DNA of 64,000 bases from Mobula hypostoma (Eukaryota). The stretch lies in contig NC_086097.1 in assembly GCF_963921235.1 (NCBI RefSeq), positions 246,142,001 through 246,206,000 of the forward strand, written 5' to 3'. The notes under the pieces were generated by a model. It had not been told where the DNA came from. It saw only the letters and a list, made by a program, of their open reading frames with translations, and searched no databases. Of this stretch, positions 48,081 through 60,049 are shown piece after piece. Made by a program: the position numbers and the translations under genes. Position 1 is the stretch's first letter. Each line of letters begins with the position of its first letter.

Positions 48081-48224
48081 GAGCAGCCATGATCACAGAG
48101 AGGGAGAAGAGAGAGAAGATCCTGTCAAAGAAATGCTAGAAGTCAGTTGCGAACAAAAACTTTACAAAAATTCAGAATTACTCTGTTGGCAATAATGTGG
48201 AAGCTTCTGGGGTGACAGAAAAAC

Positions 48225-48512
48225 AATGCACACAATAAGGGGTAGACCATTTAGAACGGAGTTGAGGAAAAACTTTTTCACACAGAGGGTCCTGTGGAAT
48301 GCTCTGCCTCAGAAGGCAGTGGAGGCCAATTCTCTGGATGCTTTCAAGAAAGAGTTAGATAGAGCTCTTAAAGATAACGGAGTGAAGGGATATGGGGAGA
48401 AGGCAGGAAATGGGTACTGATTGTAGATGATCAGCCATGATCACAGTGAATGGTGGTGCTAGCTCGAAGGGCTGAATGGCCTACTCCTGCACCTATTGTC
48501 TATTGTCTATTG
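48225..48512 (+). mobile_element. CR1 3' end
   Basis: GRPFRTELRKNFFTQRVLWNALPQKAVEA; (CTATTGT)n tail. Confidence 0.9.
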
Positions 48513-48520
48513 AAAATATT

Positions 48521-48629
48521 GTCAGAGGAGAATGGCCAGACTGGTTCAAACTGACAAGAATGTGATAGTAATTCAAATAACCACACTTACAACAGTGGTG
48601 TGCAGAAGAGCATCTCTGAACACACAACA
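48521..48629 (+). mobile_element. Tc1 transposase fragment
   Basis: GTCAGAGGAGAATGGCCAGACTGG...CAGTGGTGTGCAGAAGAGCATCTCTGAA is the reverse complement of part of 58790-58870 and 60130-60235. Confidence 0.78.
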
Positions 48630-50335
48630 GGTTCATTTTCACCAAGGGTGTCCAGTCCTTATAAATTCTATCCCCTATTAAGAAGGCCTTAAAGCTCTCC
48701 ACTTCTATCTCAACAAAAGAACCAACCACTTCCCCTCCATCGTCACCTTCCTCGCTCTGGCAGAACTGGTCCTCACCCTCAACAATTTCTCCTTCAGCTC
48801 TTCCCACTTTCTCCAAACCCAAGGGGTAGCCATGGGCACCTGCATGGGCCCCAGTTATGCCTTGATTTTTGTTGGTTACATAAAACAGTCCATGTTTCAA
48901 GCCTTCCCCCGTAATCCCCAACTCTTCCTTCACTACACTTGACACTGCATTGGTGCAGCTTCGTGCGCTCATGCAGTGCTTGTCAATTTAATAAACTTTG
49001 CATCCAACTTCCACCCTGCGCTCAAATTCACTTGCTTCATTTCTGATGCCTTCCTTCCCTTTCTTGATCTTTCTGTCTCCACCTCTGGAGACAAATTGTC
49101 TCCCAATGACTTTTATAAACTACCAGTTCCCATGGCTATCTTGACAAGACCTCTTCCCCACTCTGTCTCCTGTAAAAATGCTATTCCCTTTTCTCAGTTC
49201 CTTTGCCTCCACCACATCTGTTCCCAGGATGAAGCTTTCCTTTCCGGGGCATCAAGAGATGTCTTCCTTCTTCAAAGTATGGTGTTTCCCTTCCTCCACC
49301 ATGGATGCTGCCCTCACCTGCATCTCCTCCATTTCCCAGACATCCGCAGTCACCATATCTTCTTGCCTCCTAAACAGAGATCGAGTTCCTCTTGGCATAA
49401 CCTGCACCCCATGAGCCTCTGCGTCCAACACAACATCTTCCTCAACTTCTGCCATCTCCAAAGGGATCCTAGGACCGAACACATTTTACCTCCCCCCTCA
49501 CCTGCTCTCCACTTTCCATGTGGATCACTCCCTCAGTGACTCCCTTGTCCATTCATTCCTCCCCACTAGTTTCCCTCCCGGCACTTATCTCTGCAAGTGC
49601 TCAAATTACCACATCTTCCCATTCACCTCCTCCCTCAATGCAATTCAGTGCCCCAAACGGTCCTTCCAGGTGAGGCAACACTTCACTTGCAAATCTCTTG
49701 GGATTGCCTGTTGTATCTGGTGCTCCTGATCCAACCTTCTCCACATCGCTGAGACCTGTTGTAAATTGGGGGACTGCTTTTTCGAGCATCTCCACTCCAT
49801 CTACCAGAAGTGGAGTTTCCTAGCGGCCGACCATTTTAATTTCTATTCCTATTCTGACACGTAGGTCCATTGCCTCTTCTTGTGCCAAACTGAAGCCACT
49901 GTTAGGGTGAAGGAGTGACCCCTTATATTCTGTCTGGGTAGCCTCTAACCTGAATATCAATTTCTCCTTCCAGTTAAAAAAAACACTCCCTCTTTTTCTA
50001 TTCCCCTCTCTGGCCTCTTCCCTCTTCTCACCTCCCTATCACCTCTTCCTGGTGTCCCTCCTTCCCTTTCTGCAATGGCCCACTCCCCTCTCTTATCATA
50101 TTCCTTCCTCTTCAGCACCTTAACATTCCCACCCATTTGGCTTCACCTATCACCTTCTCGCTATCCTCCTTCCCCTCAACCCCATTCCGACGTTTTAGTC
50201 TGGCGTCTTCCCCCTTCTTGGCCCGGAACGTCGACTGTTTATTCATTTCCGTAGATGCCGCCTAGCCTGCTGAGTTCCTTCAGCATTTTGTGTGTGTTGC
50301 TTTGGATTTCCAGCATCTGCAGAATATCTTCTGTT
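48630..50335 (+). mobile_element. Neptune-type PLE with decayed RT, linker, GIY-YIG and terminus
   Basis: LAELVLTLNNFSF...FLQTQGVAMGTCMGPSYA; NFHPALKFT...LPFLDL; 49575-49960 homologous to 3105-3520; many stops and frameshifts. Confidence 0.9.
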
Positions 50336-50339
50336 AATT

Positions 50340-51330
50340 AAGTTTATCTCTGTTCCAAAGGGATGTGCTACCATTCTAAGTGAGGCTGTGCTCTCTGGTT
50401 CTCAACTTCCCCCACTCTATAAGGCTTTTCAGTATTTGGTGGGTTTCAATGAGATCCTCCACCCTTCATTTTTGCTAAACTCCAGCGACTGCAGGAATTC
50501 ATTACCACAGATAACCAATTTCCCCCAGGATCAATAAAGTATTACTATGACTATGACTATAGATGGCTGTGCAGGCCAAGTCATTGGATATATTTAAAGC
50601 AGAGGTTGATAGGTTCTTAAGGGGGGGGGTTAAAGGCTACGGGGAGAAGGCAGGAGATTGGGGTTTAGAGGGATAATGAATGAACCAACCATAATGGAAT
50701 ATCACAGCAGACTTGATGGGCCAAATGGCCTAATTCTACTCCTATGTCTTATGGTCTAATGGTTTAAAAAGCAATGGGTGCTAACTCAACAAATAATCTC
50801 CTTTTCCCCATCTAGAAGGATTATGGAACCCAGAAAGATGGATGGATTTAGGAAATGGATGAGTCATGATTTAATTCATACTTCTCTTAAACATTAAAAT
50901 TGAGCTCGCATGCACCACCTGCGCTGGCAGCTCATTCTACACTCTCACGACCCTCTGAGTGAAGAAGTTTCCCCTTAAACTTTTCACCTTTCACTCTTAA
51001 TCCATGACCTCTGGTTGTAGTCCCACCCAACTTCAGTGGGAAAAGCTTGTTTGCATTTACCCTATCTATACCCCTTATAATTTTATATACCTCTACCAAA
51101 TCTCCCCTCAATCTTCTATGTTCCAAGGAATAAACCCCTAACCTATTGAGTCTCTGCCTATAAGTCAGGTCCTCCAGACCCAGCAATATCCTTGTAATTT
51201 TCTCTGTGCACCTTAACCTTACTTACATCTTTCCTGTAAGTGGGTGACCAGAACTGCACACAATACTCCAGATTAGGCCTCACCAATGTCTTAAACAACT
51301 TCGACATGACATCTCATCTCCTGTACTCAA
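50340..51330. mobile_element. CR1 fragments (50340-50490 minus, 50495-50760 plus with a tiny Rex tail insert at about 50514-50560, 50880-51330 minus)
   Basis: LEHRRLRGDLVEVYKIIRGIDRV (50932-51186); CR1 tail at 50715-50760. Confidence 0.82.
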
Positions 51331-51675
51331 TTCCACGCTGACCAAACAATGAAAATTAATCTTCGGTACCAGGAGAATGTGAATTACCGATGGGTTTAAA
51401 GAATCACTCTGCAGTTAGCTTCAATCCCATCATAAGGGCTACAGCCTAGATTAACAAAGCAAGTATACCTTATGTCAGAAGAACAAAACACAGGATATGG
51501 GAGAATATTACTGAGGAACGAGTGAGGAACAACTGTAATTGTGATATGAAAAACAGAAGTCCTTCAAGAGATGTGGGAGTCATTTTCCCTTACGAGAAAG
51601 TGGTAAGGCCCAGGGCATAGACAACGAAAGGTCAAAAATCCAATGGCTGAGGAAGATGACTTTAACAAATGTGAG

Positions 51676-51926
51676 TGATGTGTATTTAATATTTCAGTAA
51701 TGTTTGAGTAATCTTGTACAGTGTATATGTTGTTTGATTCAGCATTCTTGGTTATTTAAGTAATTAATTACGGGTATTATGTAAAAATACACAAGTTGCA
51801 TATGTCATCACACTACCACGTGATAAGTGCATGCCTCACTTACAGTAAGCATGAAGTTTGGCCTGCATTCCTGGACTTTCGTGTCTTCCTTTGAATTAGT
51901 TTGTTTTGAGGTTATAAAACATAACA
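51676..51926 (+). mobile_element. Candidate solo LTR, 251 bp
   Basis: TGATGTGT...ACATAACA ends; flanks GTGAG / CTGAG (4 of 5 match). Confidence 0.5.
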
Positions 51927-52054
51927 CTGAGAAAAGCAAACATAGTAAGGCAGAGACGCCATACAAAAATTAGGAGAAGATAACAATATTGGGTATTAGG
52001 AGGTAAGAGGACAGAGAAAAATCAGTTAAAATGAGCCGAAGAGAATGTCTGGCT

Positions 52055-52865
52055 ATGGAGCACAGCATCCATCTTCAGGGACTCCCACCATCCCGGACAT
52101 GCTCCATTCTCGCTGCTGCCATCAAGGAAGAAGATACAGGAGCCACAGGACCCACACCACCAGGTTCAGGAACAGTTATCACCCCTCAACCATCAGGCTC
52201 TTGAACCAAAGGGGATAACTTCACTAACTTCACTTTCCCCATCACTGGAATGATAACCTACGTGCTCAAATTCAGGTTTAATATCACTGCCATATGTCAT
52301 GAAATTTGTTATCTTTACAGCAGCAGTATAATGATAACAAGTATATATATGTCTATTAAATTGTTAAGTTAAAATATGTTATGCAAAAAAAAACAGAAAT
52401 AAAGAAGTAGTGAGGTAGTGTCTATTTAGAAATCGGATGGCAGAGGGGAAGAAGCTGCCCCGTGAATCGCTGAACGTGTGCCTTCAGGCTTCTGTACTCC
52501 CTTCCCGATGGTAACAATGTGAAGAGGATATGATCTGGGTGGTGAGGACCATCAATGATGGATGCCGCTTTCCCAAGACACCCCTCCTTGAAGATGTCTT
52601 GGATACTGCGGAGGCTAGTACCCATGATGGAGCTGACTGATGTCAGAAGCCTCTTCAACTTACGTCGATCTTATGCCTCCCGCCACATACCAGACACTGA
52701 TGCAGCACGGTTTGTTGTCTACTGCACACCGACCTTCAGCCCTGCTGGTGCAGTCTTTCATTGATTCTATTATGGTTATGCGTACAAGAGAATGAATCTC
52801 AGGGTTGTATATGGAGACATATATGTACTTTGATAATAAACTTACGTTTAATTTTGACCTTTGAG
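52055..52865. mobile_element. Nested Rex1-type 3' fragments on both strands
   Basis: GPHHPDHILFTLLPSGREYRSLKAH (minus); plus-strand equivalent at 52060-52260 with tail at 52790-52865. Confidence 0.8.
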
Positions 52866-53216
52866 ATGGAGTGTTGAAGGACAAGATGGCCTTTCACGAG
52901 ACAAGGGGATAGATATACTTCCAGGGAATCGGGAAATGGCAGATAATGACAGACATTCCAAATCCAAACTAGCTTGGGAATCAGTTGCTTCAATGGTCTT
53001 ACTGAAGTACTAACGCTAAAAGTAAACATGACAAGAATGCTTGAACCAGGTGAGGAAATGGTCGGAACATGAAAGCAACATAAATAATTTGGAGTAACAT
53101 GCACAAAGTGCTGGAGGAACTCCACGAGTCAGGCAGCATTTATGGAGGGGAATAACCAATCTACATTCAGAAGTCAGTCCTTAGGCAACCCCCACTCCCA
53201 AGAAAGAGCAATAACT

Positions 53217-53884
53217 CCCGGGAGGAGGGAGAAGATGGCAGCGCGTGCGGCCATTTCGGTGATGATGTCTGTTATCTGTCAAGTAGGGGACCGTGCACAA
53301 TCCTGATATGATGGAGAGGGACGTGAGAGTACGGAGGAACATCTGGAAAACTTCTGAAATGCCTGCTTCGCTGCCACTGCTACTGTGTGAGAACCAGAAT
53401 CTCTGGAGCAGAAGGCCCCGAAATCCTCGGCTTTGCGTGTTTCAGCAGCCGGGGCGAGGTTGAAGGCGCTCGGCAGAGGATGGCGCTTGGGAGGCTGTAT
53501 CGGAGAGGCCGGTCGGAAGCTCGAAGTTTTCGGACGGATGGACTCAGTGTCGGCTGCTTCCAAGGTATTGGCAAGTTGACGGTGCCTGGAGGTTTATGGC
53601 AGGGAGTTTCTCCCTTTTGCCGCCTGCTATCGGGGACTCGGGAGTCGATCGACTCGGGACTTTGAGACTTTTTTTTACTGTGCCCATGGGCTGTTCTTCA
53701 TCAAATTATGGTATTGCTTTGCACTGCTATAACTATATGTCATAATTATGTGGTTCTGTCAGTGTTAGTCTTTGGTCTGTCCTGTTTTCTGTGATATCAC
53801 TCCGGAGAAACATTGTATCATTTCTTAATGCATGTATGCATTTCTAAATGACAATAAAAGAGGACTGAGTGTTCTCGTAATCAT
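53217..53884 (+). mobile_element. Young CpG-rich non-autonomous retroposon, AAGATGGC head, Rex1-like tail
   Basis: GAGAAGATGGCAGCGCG start; ATGACAATAAA tail; possible TSD AATAACT at 53210-53216 and 53885-53891. Confidence 0.65.
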
Positions 53885-54082
53885 AATAACTGAGCCCCTT
53901 GCATAAATAGTGAGGGCATGTGTATGTGGGTGCCATTAAGGACATGGCAACTCCATGGCACAATTACCCAATGTTTCCCTCTCCCACACCACCACTGATC
54001 CTGCAATATTCAACAATAAATAATTAATACGAAAGCAAACTTCATGTAACATAAAAAATAAACCACTCACCATAGTTTTAAT

Positions 54083-54435
54083 AAACTCAAGAGATTCTGC
54101 AGGTGCTGGAAGTCTTGAGTGCAAAACACAGAAAATGCTGGAGGAACTCAGCAGGTCAGACAGCATCTTTGGAGGGGAATAAACAGTCGAAGTTTCAGTC
54201 TGAGATCCTTCATCAGGACTGGAAAAGAAGGGGGAGAAGCCAGCATGGATGGTGGAGGAAGGGGAAGGAGTACAAGCCGGCAGATGTTAGGTGAGATCAG
54301 GTGAAGGGGAAGGTGAGTGGGGGAATGAAGGAAGAAGCTGGGAGATGATAGGTGGAAAAGGTAAAGGGTTGAAGAAGGAAGAGTCTGATTGGAGAGGAGA
54401 GTGGACCATAGAGGAAAGGGAAGGAGGTGGGGTAC
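54083..54435 (-). mobile_element. PLE UTR plus terminal unit
   Basis: CAGTCCTGATGAAGGATCTCAGACTGAAACTTCGACTG (core kept, stems II and III damaged). Confidence 0.87.
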
Positions 54436-55002
54436 CAGAGTTCTGTTCAACCAGCCAATTTCAAACAACAGAGTTGAAAGATTGTTAAGGGGGCCAGTGA
54501 TGAGAGCTTTTGATGTAGATTATTCAAGGGGAGGCTTGATAAATGTATGAAAGAAAACAGAGTGGATAATGTTGATAGTGAAAACATCGTCGATGTTGTA
54601 CTGTGTTATATCAACAACTGCATTGGCACTGTTTCATTCACCCATTTGAGCTCATCGATTTCATCAAACTTGCCTCCAACTTCCACTCTGCCCTCAAATT
54701 CATTTGATCCATTTCTGATTTCAAAATAAATGCTTTGAGAGGCTGGTCAAGGATTACATCTGCAGCATGCTACCTTCCGCACTGGAGCCCCTACAATTCA
54801 CCTACCGACACAACCAACCAACAGATGACACAATAACCACAACTCTACACACTGTCCTTACACATCTGGAGAAGGATGCTTATGCGAGAATGTCGTTCTT
54901 GGACTACAGTTTAGCATTCAACACCATAATTCCCTCCAGGCTTGACAAGAAGCTCAGAGACCTCGGCCTTCACCCTGCCTTGTGCAGCTGGATCCCGGAC
55001 TT

Positions 55003-55250
55003 AGACAATAGACAATAGGTGCAGGAGTAGGCCATTTGGCCCTTCGAGCCAGCACCGCCATTCACTGTGATCATGGCTGATCATCCACAATCAGTATCCA
55101 GTTCCTGCCTTATCCCCATAACCTTTGATTCCGCTATCTTTAAGAGCGCTATCCATTTCTTTCTTGAAAGCATCCAGAGACTTGGCCTCCACAGCCTTCT
55201 GGGGCGGAGCGTTCCATATATCCACCACTCTCCGGGTGAAAAAGATTTTC
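55003..55250 (-). mobile_element. CR1 3' end
   Basis: Reverse complement of the 48270-48512 subfamily; (CTATTGT)n tail. Confidence 0.9.
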
Positions 55251-55993
55251 TGTCAGTTTTTCTGACTTCCTGTCAGATCGCCAGCAGATGGTAAGAGTGG
55301 GCTCCCTCACCTCTGCCACTGTGATCCTCAAAACAGGAGCCCCCCCAGGGCTATGTACTAAGCCCCTTCTTTACTCTCTGTATACCCATGACTGTGTTGT
55401 CATCTGCAGCTCCAATCTGCTAATTAAATTTGCTGACAATACTGCATTGATTGGTCTTATCTCAAATAATAACGAGGCAGCCTACAGAGAGGAAATCATC
55501 ACCCTGACACAGTTGTGTCAAGGAAACAACCTCTCCCTCAATGTCGCAAAAACAAAGGAGCTGGTTGTGGACTACAGGAGGAATGGAGACCGGCTAACCC
55601 CTGTTGATGTCAATGGATCTGGGACTGAGAGGGTGAACAGCTTTAAGTCCCTCGGCACACACATCACCAAGGATCTCATGTGGTCTGTATGTACCAGCTG
55701 TGTGGTCACCCCAACCACAAACTGTTTCAGCTGCTACCATCTGGGAAACGGTACGGCAGCATAAAAGCCAGGACCAACAGGCTCCGGGACAGCTTCTTCC
55801 ACCAGGCCATCAGACTGATTAATTCACGCTGATGGCCTGGTGGAAGAAGCTGCCGCACAGCAAATACAATGGTATTTCTATGTTATATTGACTGTCCTGT
55901 TGTACATACTATGAATTACAAATTCCTATAAATTGCACATTGCACATTTAGATGGAGACATAACGTAAAGGTTTTTTACTCCTCACATATGTG

Positions 55994-56294
55994 GGCACGT
56001 GGCCAAGGCATTGGACTAGTGACCTGAAGGTTGTGAGTTCGAGCCCCAGCCGAGGGAACGTGTTGTGTCCTTGAGCAAGGCACTTAACCACACATTGCTC
56101 TGCGACGACACTGGTGCCAAGCTGTATGGGTCCTAATGCCCTTCCCTTGGACAACATTGGTGTCGTGGAGAGGGGAGACTTGCAGCACGGGCAACTGCTG
56201 GACTTCCATACAACATTGCCCAGGCCTGCGCCCTGGAGAGTGAAGACTTTCCAGGCGCAGATCCATGGTCTCGCGAGACTAACGGATGCCTTTT
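55994..56294 (+). mobile_element. tRNA-headed SINE with RTE-type tail, 7-bp TSD
   Basis: A box TGGCCAAG, B box GTTCGAGCC; ATATGTG at 55987-55993 and 56295-56301; tail similar to 62445-62616. Confidence 0.82.
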
Positions 56295-57810
56295 ATATGT
56301 GAAGGATGTAAGAATAATAGTCAATTCAATTAAAAAAAATCAATTCATTTCTCAATCTCTCTGATTCCATCTCTGGAGGCAGACTGACCACTGATATCTT
56401 TTATCAACCTACTGACTATCTTAACTATACCTCTCCCCACCCTGTCACTTGTAAAAATGCTATTCCCTTCCCTTAGTTCCTCCTTCTCTTCTGCATCTGT
56501 TCCCAGGAAGATACTTTCAATTCCAGAACATCATAGATGTTCTTCTTCAAAGAACATGGTTTTACTTCCTCTACCATTGATGCTGCCCTCACCTGCATCT
56601 CCTCCATTTACTGCACATCTGCCCTCACCCCATCCCCCCGCTACCATACCAGGGCTAGGGTTTCCCTTTGACCGTATCTACCACTGCAGAGCCCCTGCTT
56701 CCAGCACATCATTCTCTACCATGGGATCTTACCATTAAACACACCTTTATCTCCCCCACGCCCACTCCACTTTCTACAGGAATCACGCTCTACATGACTC
56801 CCTTGTCCACTCATCCCTCCCCATTGAATGCCCTCTGGGCATTTATCCCTGCAGACGGGACAAGCACTACTCCTGCCTCTACAACTCCTCAATCACCACC
56901 ATTCCGTGCCCTAAACAGTCCTTCCAGGTGAGGCGACGCTCAACCTACAAATCTGTTGGGGTCATCTACTGTATCCAGTGCTCCTGGTATGGCCTCCTCT
57001 ACATCGTTAAGGACCTCCATCACCCAGGACAGGCCTCTTCACATTGTTATCATCAGGAGGGAGGTGCAGGAGCCAGAAGGCACACACTCAACAATTCAGG
57101 AACAGTTTCTTCCTCTGCCATCCAATTGCTAAGTGGACATTACCTCACTACTTTTTTATTTCTATTCTTGCACTACTTATTTAATTTGACTCAGTTATTT
57201 GCTATTATTATATATAGCATTGTCACGCCGCTGTTAACATACGCTGGTGATATTAAACCTGATTCTGACTCTGTTTGGTGAGATACTACGTAGACTGGAG
57301 AAGCATCTTCACTCCACCTGCCACAAAAGGCAGGGTTACCCAGTGGTCACCCATTCCAATTCAACTTCCCATTCCCATTATTGGCCCCCTTTACGGTCAC
57401 AATGAGGCCGCTCTCAGGTTGGAGGAAGAACACCTTGTACTCTCTCTGAATAGCCTCCAACCTAATGGCATGACCATCAATTTCTCTAACTTGCAGTGTT
57501 TTCTCCTGCCCCCCTTTTCTTTTTCCATTCTCCATTCTGTCTCCCCCTTACCCCTTCTCTTCTCCTCATCTGCCATCTCCCCTGGCACCCCTCTCCTTCC
57601 CTTTTTCCTATGGTCCACTGTCCTCTCCAATCAGATTACTTCTTCAGCCCTTTACCTTTCCCCACCTATCACCTCCCAGCTCCCTTCCCTCCCCCACTTA
57701 CCCACCTCACCTGATATCACCTACCAGCTTGTATTCTTCCCCTCTCCCCACCCCCTACCTTCGTATTCTGGCATCTGCTTCATTCCTTTCCAGTTCTGAT
57801 CATGGGTCTC

Positions 57811-58328
57811 GTACAACGAGATCTAGGTGTCCTTGTTCATCAATCACTGAAAGTAAGCATGCAGGTACAGCAGGCAGTGAAGAAAGCCAATGGCATGTTG
57901 GCCTTCATAACAAGGGGAGTTGAGTATAGGAGCAAAGAGGTCCTTCTGCAGTTGTACAGGGCCCTGGTGAGACCACACCTGGAGTATTGTGTACAGTTTT
58001 GGTCTCCAAATTTGAGGAAGGACATTCTAGCTATTGAGGGAGTGCAGCGTAGGTTCACAAAGTTAATTCCCGGGGTGGTGGGACTGTCATATGCTGAAAG
58101 ATTGGAGCAATTGGGGTTGTATACACTGGAATTTAGAGGGATGAGAAGCATCTCTGGATGCTTTCAAGAAAGCGTTAGATAGAACTCTTAATGATAGTGG
58201 AGTCAAAGGTTATGGGGATAAGGCAGGAACTGGATACTGATTGTGGATGATCAGCCATGATCACAGTGAATGGCGGTGCTGGCTCGAGGGGCTGAATGGC
58301 CTACTCCTGCACCTATTGTCTATTGTCT
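57811..58328 (+). mobile_element. CR1 with internal deletion, inserted in a PLE hammerhead
   Basis: ORF 57802-58182 QRDLGVLV...LVRPHLEYCVQFWSP; GTCTC on both sides. Confidence 0.92.
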
Positions 58329-58705
58329 CAGTCCAAGACGTCCATTTTATCCAACATCTTGGGTGCATTGCTCCAGATTTCCAGCATCAGAAGAATGTTT
58401 ATGATAATGCTGATGGAGATAGACAAAGGAAGGTAGACTGAAGTTTGAGGGAAGGAAGCACTCATCCTAGCCAATACTAAATCCCTTCCACCCATCAGCC
58501 TTGTTCTCATGGACATCTCCTCAAACTGCATTACCAAATATGAAAATCTTGTCATTTTCTACAAATTTCTCTTTGTTTTCAGTCGACCCTCCATTTTATC
58601 TCTCTTAGCTTGACGCTGTAGGTGAAGACTGGATCACTGTGCGCCTGCCATTTTGTCACTGACAGCTGAGCCTTCAGCCTCCATAGCCAGGATTTCAGGA
58701 AAATA

Positions 58706-59218
58706 CACTCAGTGGCCACTTTATTCAGTGCAGGGGTGGAACCTGCTGTTATCTTCTGCTGACGTAGCCCATCCACTTCAAGATTCAGTGTGTTGTGCAT
58801 TCAGAGATGCTCTTCTGCACACCACTGTTGTAACACATGGCTATCTGAGTTACTGTCACCTGCCTGACAGCTTGAGGACAAGGCATTTTCACTGACCGAA
58901 CTGCCACTCACTGGAAGTTTCTTTGTTCATCACACCATTCCTTGTAAACTCGGGTTTCGTAGTATGTGAAAATCCCGGGAGATCAGCAGTCCCTGAGATA
59001 CTCAAACCACCCCATCTGGCACCAACAATCATTCCACAGTCAAAGTCACTTAGATCCCATTTCTTCCCCATTCTGATGTTTGGTCTGAACAACGACTGAA
59101 CCTCTTCACCATATCTGCATGCTTTTACGCATTGAGTTGCTGCTACATGATTGGCTGATTAGATATTTGCATTAATGAACAGGTGTACAGGCATACCTAA
59201 TAAACTGGCGACTGAATG
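58706..59218 (-). mobile_element. Tc1 non-autonomous element with both ends, 513 bp
   Basis: TA|CACTCAGTGGCCACTTTATT...AATAAACTGGCGACTGAATG|TA; minus ORF MGKKWDLSDFDCGMIVGARWGGLSISGTADL. Confidence 0.92.
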
Positions 59219-60049
59219 TAGATTAAACTGTCTTTTTTATTTCGTAATATTGCGTAGAATATTGGATGCAGTCATATTCAGAATAATCATATTACAGTCT
59301 AACTCAAATAGATTTTGTAATTTATTGAAATATGTACTTGACTGACAGCTTTTTTAATGAGTAATCTTTTACTTGAATTCAATCAGGTCCTGTCAGCTTT
59401 CTGAAATTATTTTCCTTTTCAATCTGAATTTGTTTACTGCCTTTGAAGGGAGAAAATCAGGCTATAAGTGTTCTGAAAATGATTTTAAAGAAAGGAAATT
59501 AACAAGCCAAAATTATAGGATGATTTTTTTTTCAAATGATCATATGTGGTGCATGCACATCAAGAGTACATGCTTAATGAATGGGCTGAGATCTTCTGTG
59601 GCTGCTGGTTGCAGAATATACTTGTAGGGCTCCAGAAAAAATCTTACCTCTGTTGATTATAACTTGTTTTAGCATCAAGGTTGGGAATCAGTTCCTATTT
59701 TTTATATTTGATGTAATTAGAGTTAACTACTGTAAGAACATACATGGTGGGATGTAGATTCCCGTCACTATTGTGAAACCACATGATAAGATCAGTTGCT
59801 GGGAGCATTCCATGTTTACTTCCTAGACATACCAAAGATTTATATAAATATCTAGACTGGTCAAAACACTCTTAAGGTCTAGAGTTTCTTTACAGGCACT
59901 TCAAAGTTGTTCAATAGCTGGTATGTCATAGCAAACTCAGACTGAGAATATTTCACTGCTAAAAAAATGCCGATGATCACGGCATTAGGCTTGAAACTTT
60001 CTTTCCACCAAAATAGGGTAATTTGTAGTTGTCTCGTGATACCACTATA

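Larger units (their letters stand above)
54730..56345 (+). mobile_element. Rex1-type LINE with internal deletion, hosting a CR1 tail and a SINE
   Basis: LEPLQFTYR...FLDYSLAFNTI; LIKFADNTALIG...KTKELVVDYR; same subfamily as 5772-6775. Confidence 0.9.
54600..58395 (+). mobile_element. Old Neptune-type PLE broken into four pieces (54600-54720, 56346-57005, 57275-57810, 58330-58395)
   Basis: Pieces are colinear with 48930-50335 once the inserts are removed. Confidence 0.8.

Noticed and set aside
53217..53670. CpG island of a host promoter
   Set aside because: CpG richness is confined to a retroposon-like unit with a LINE tail and a candidate TSD
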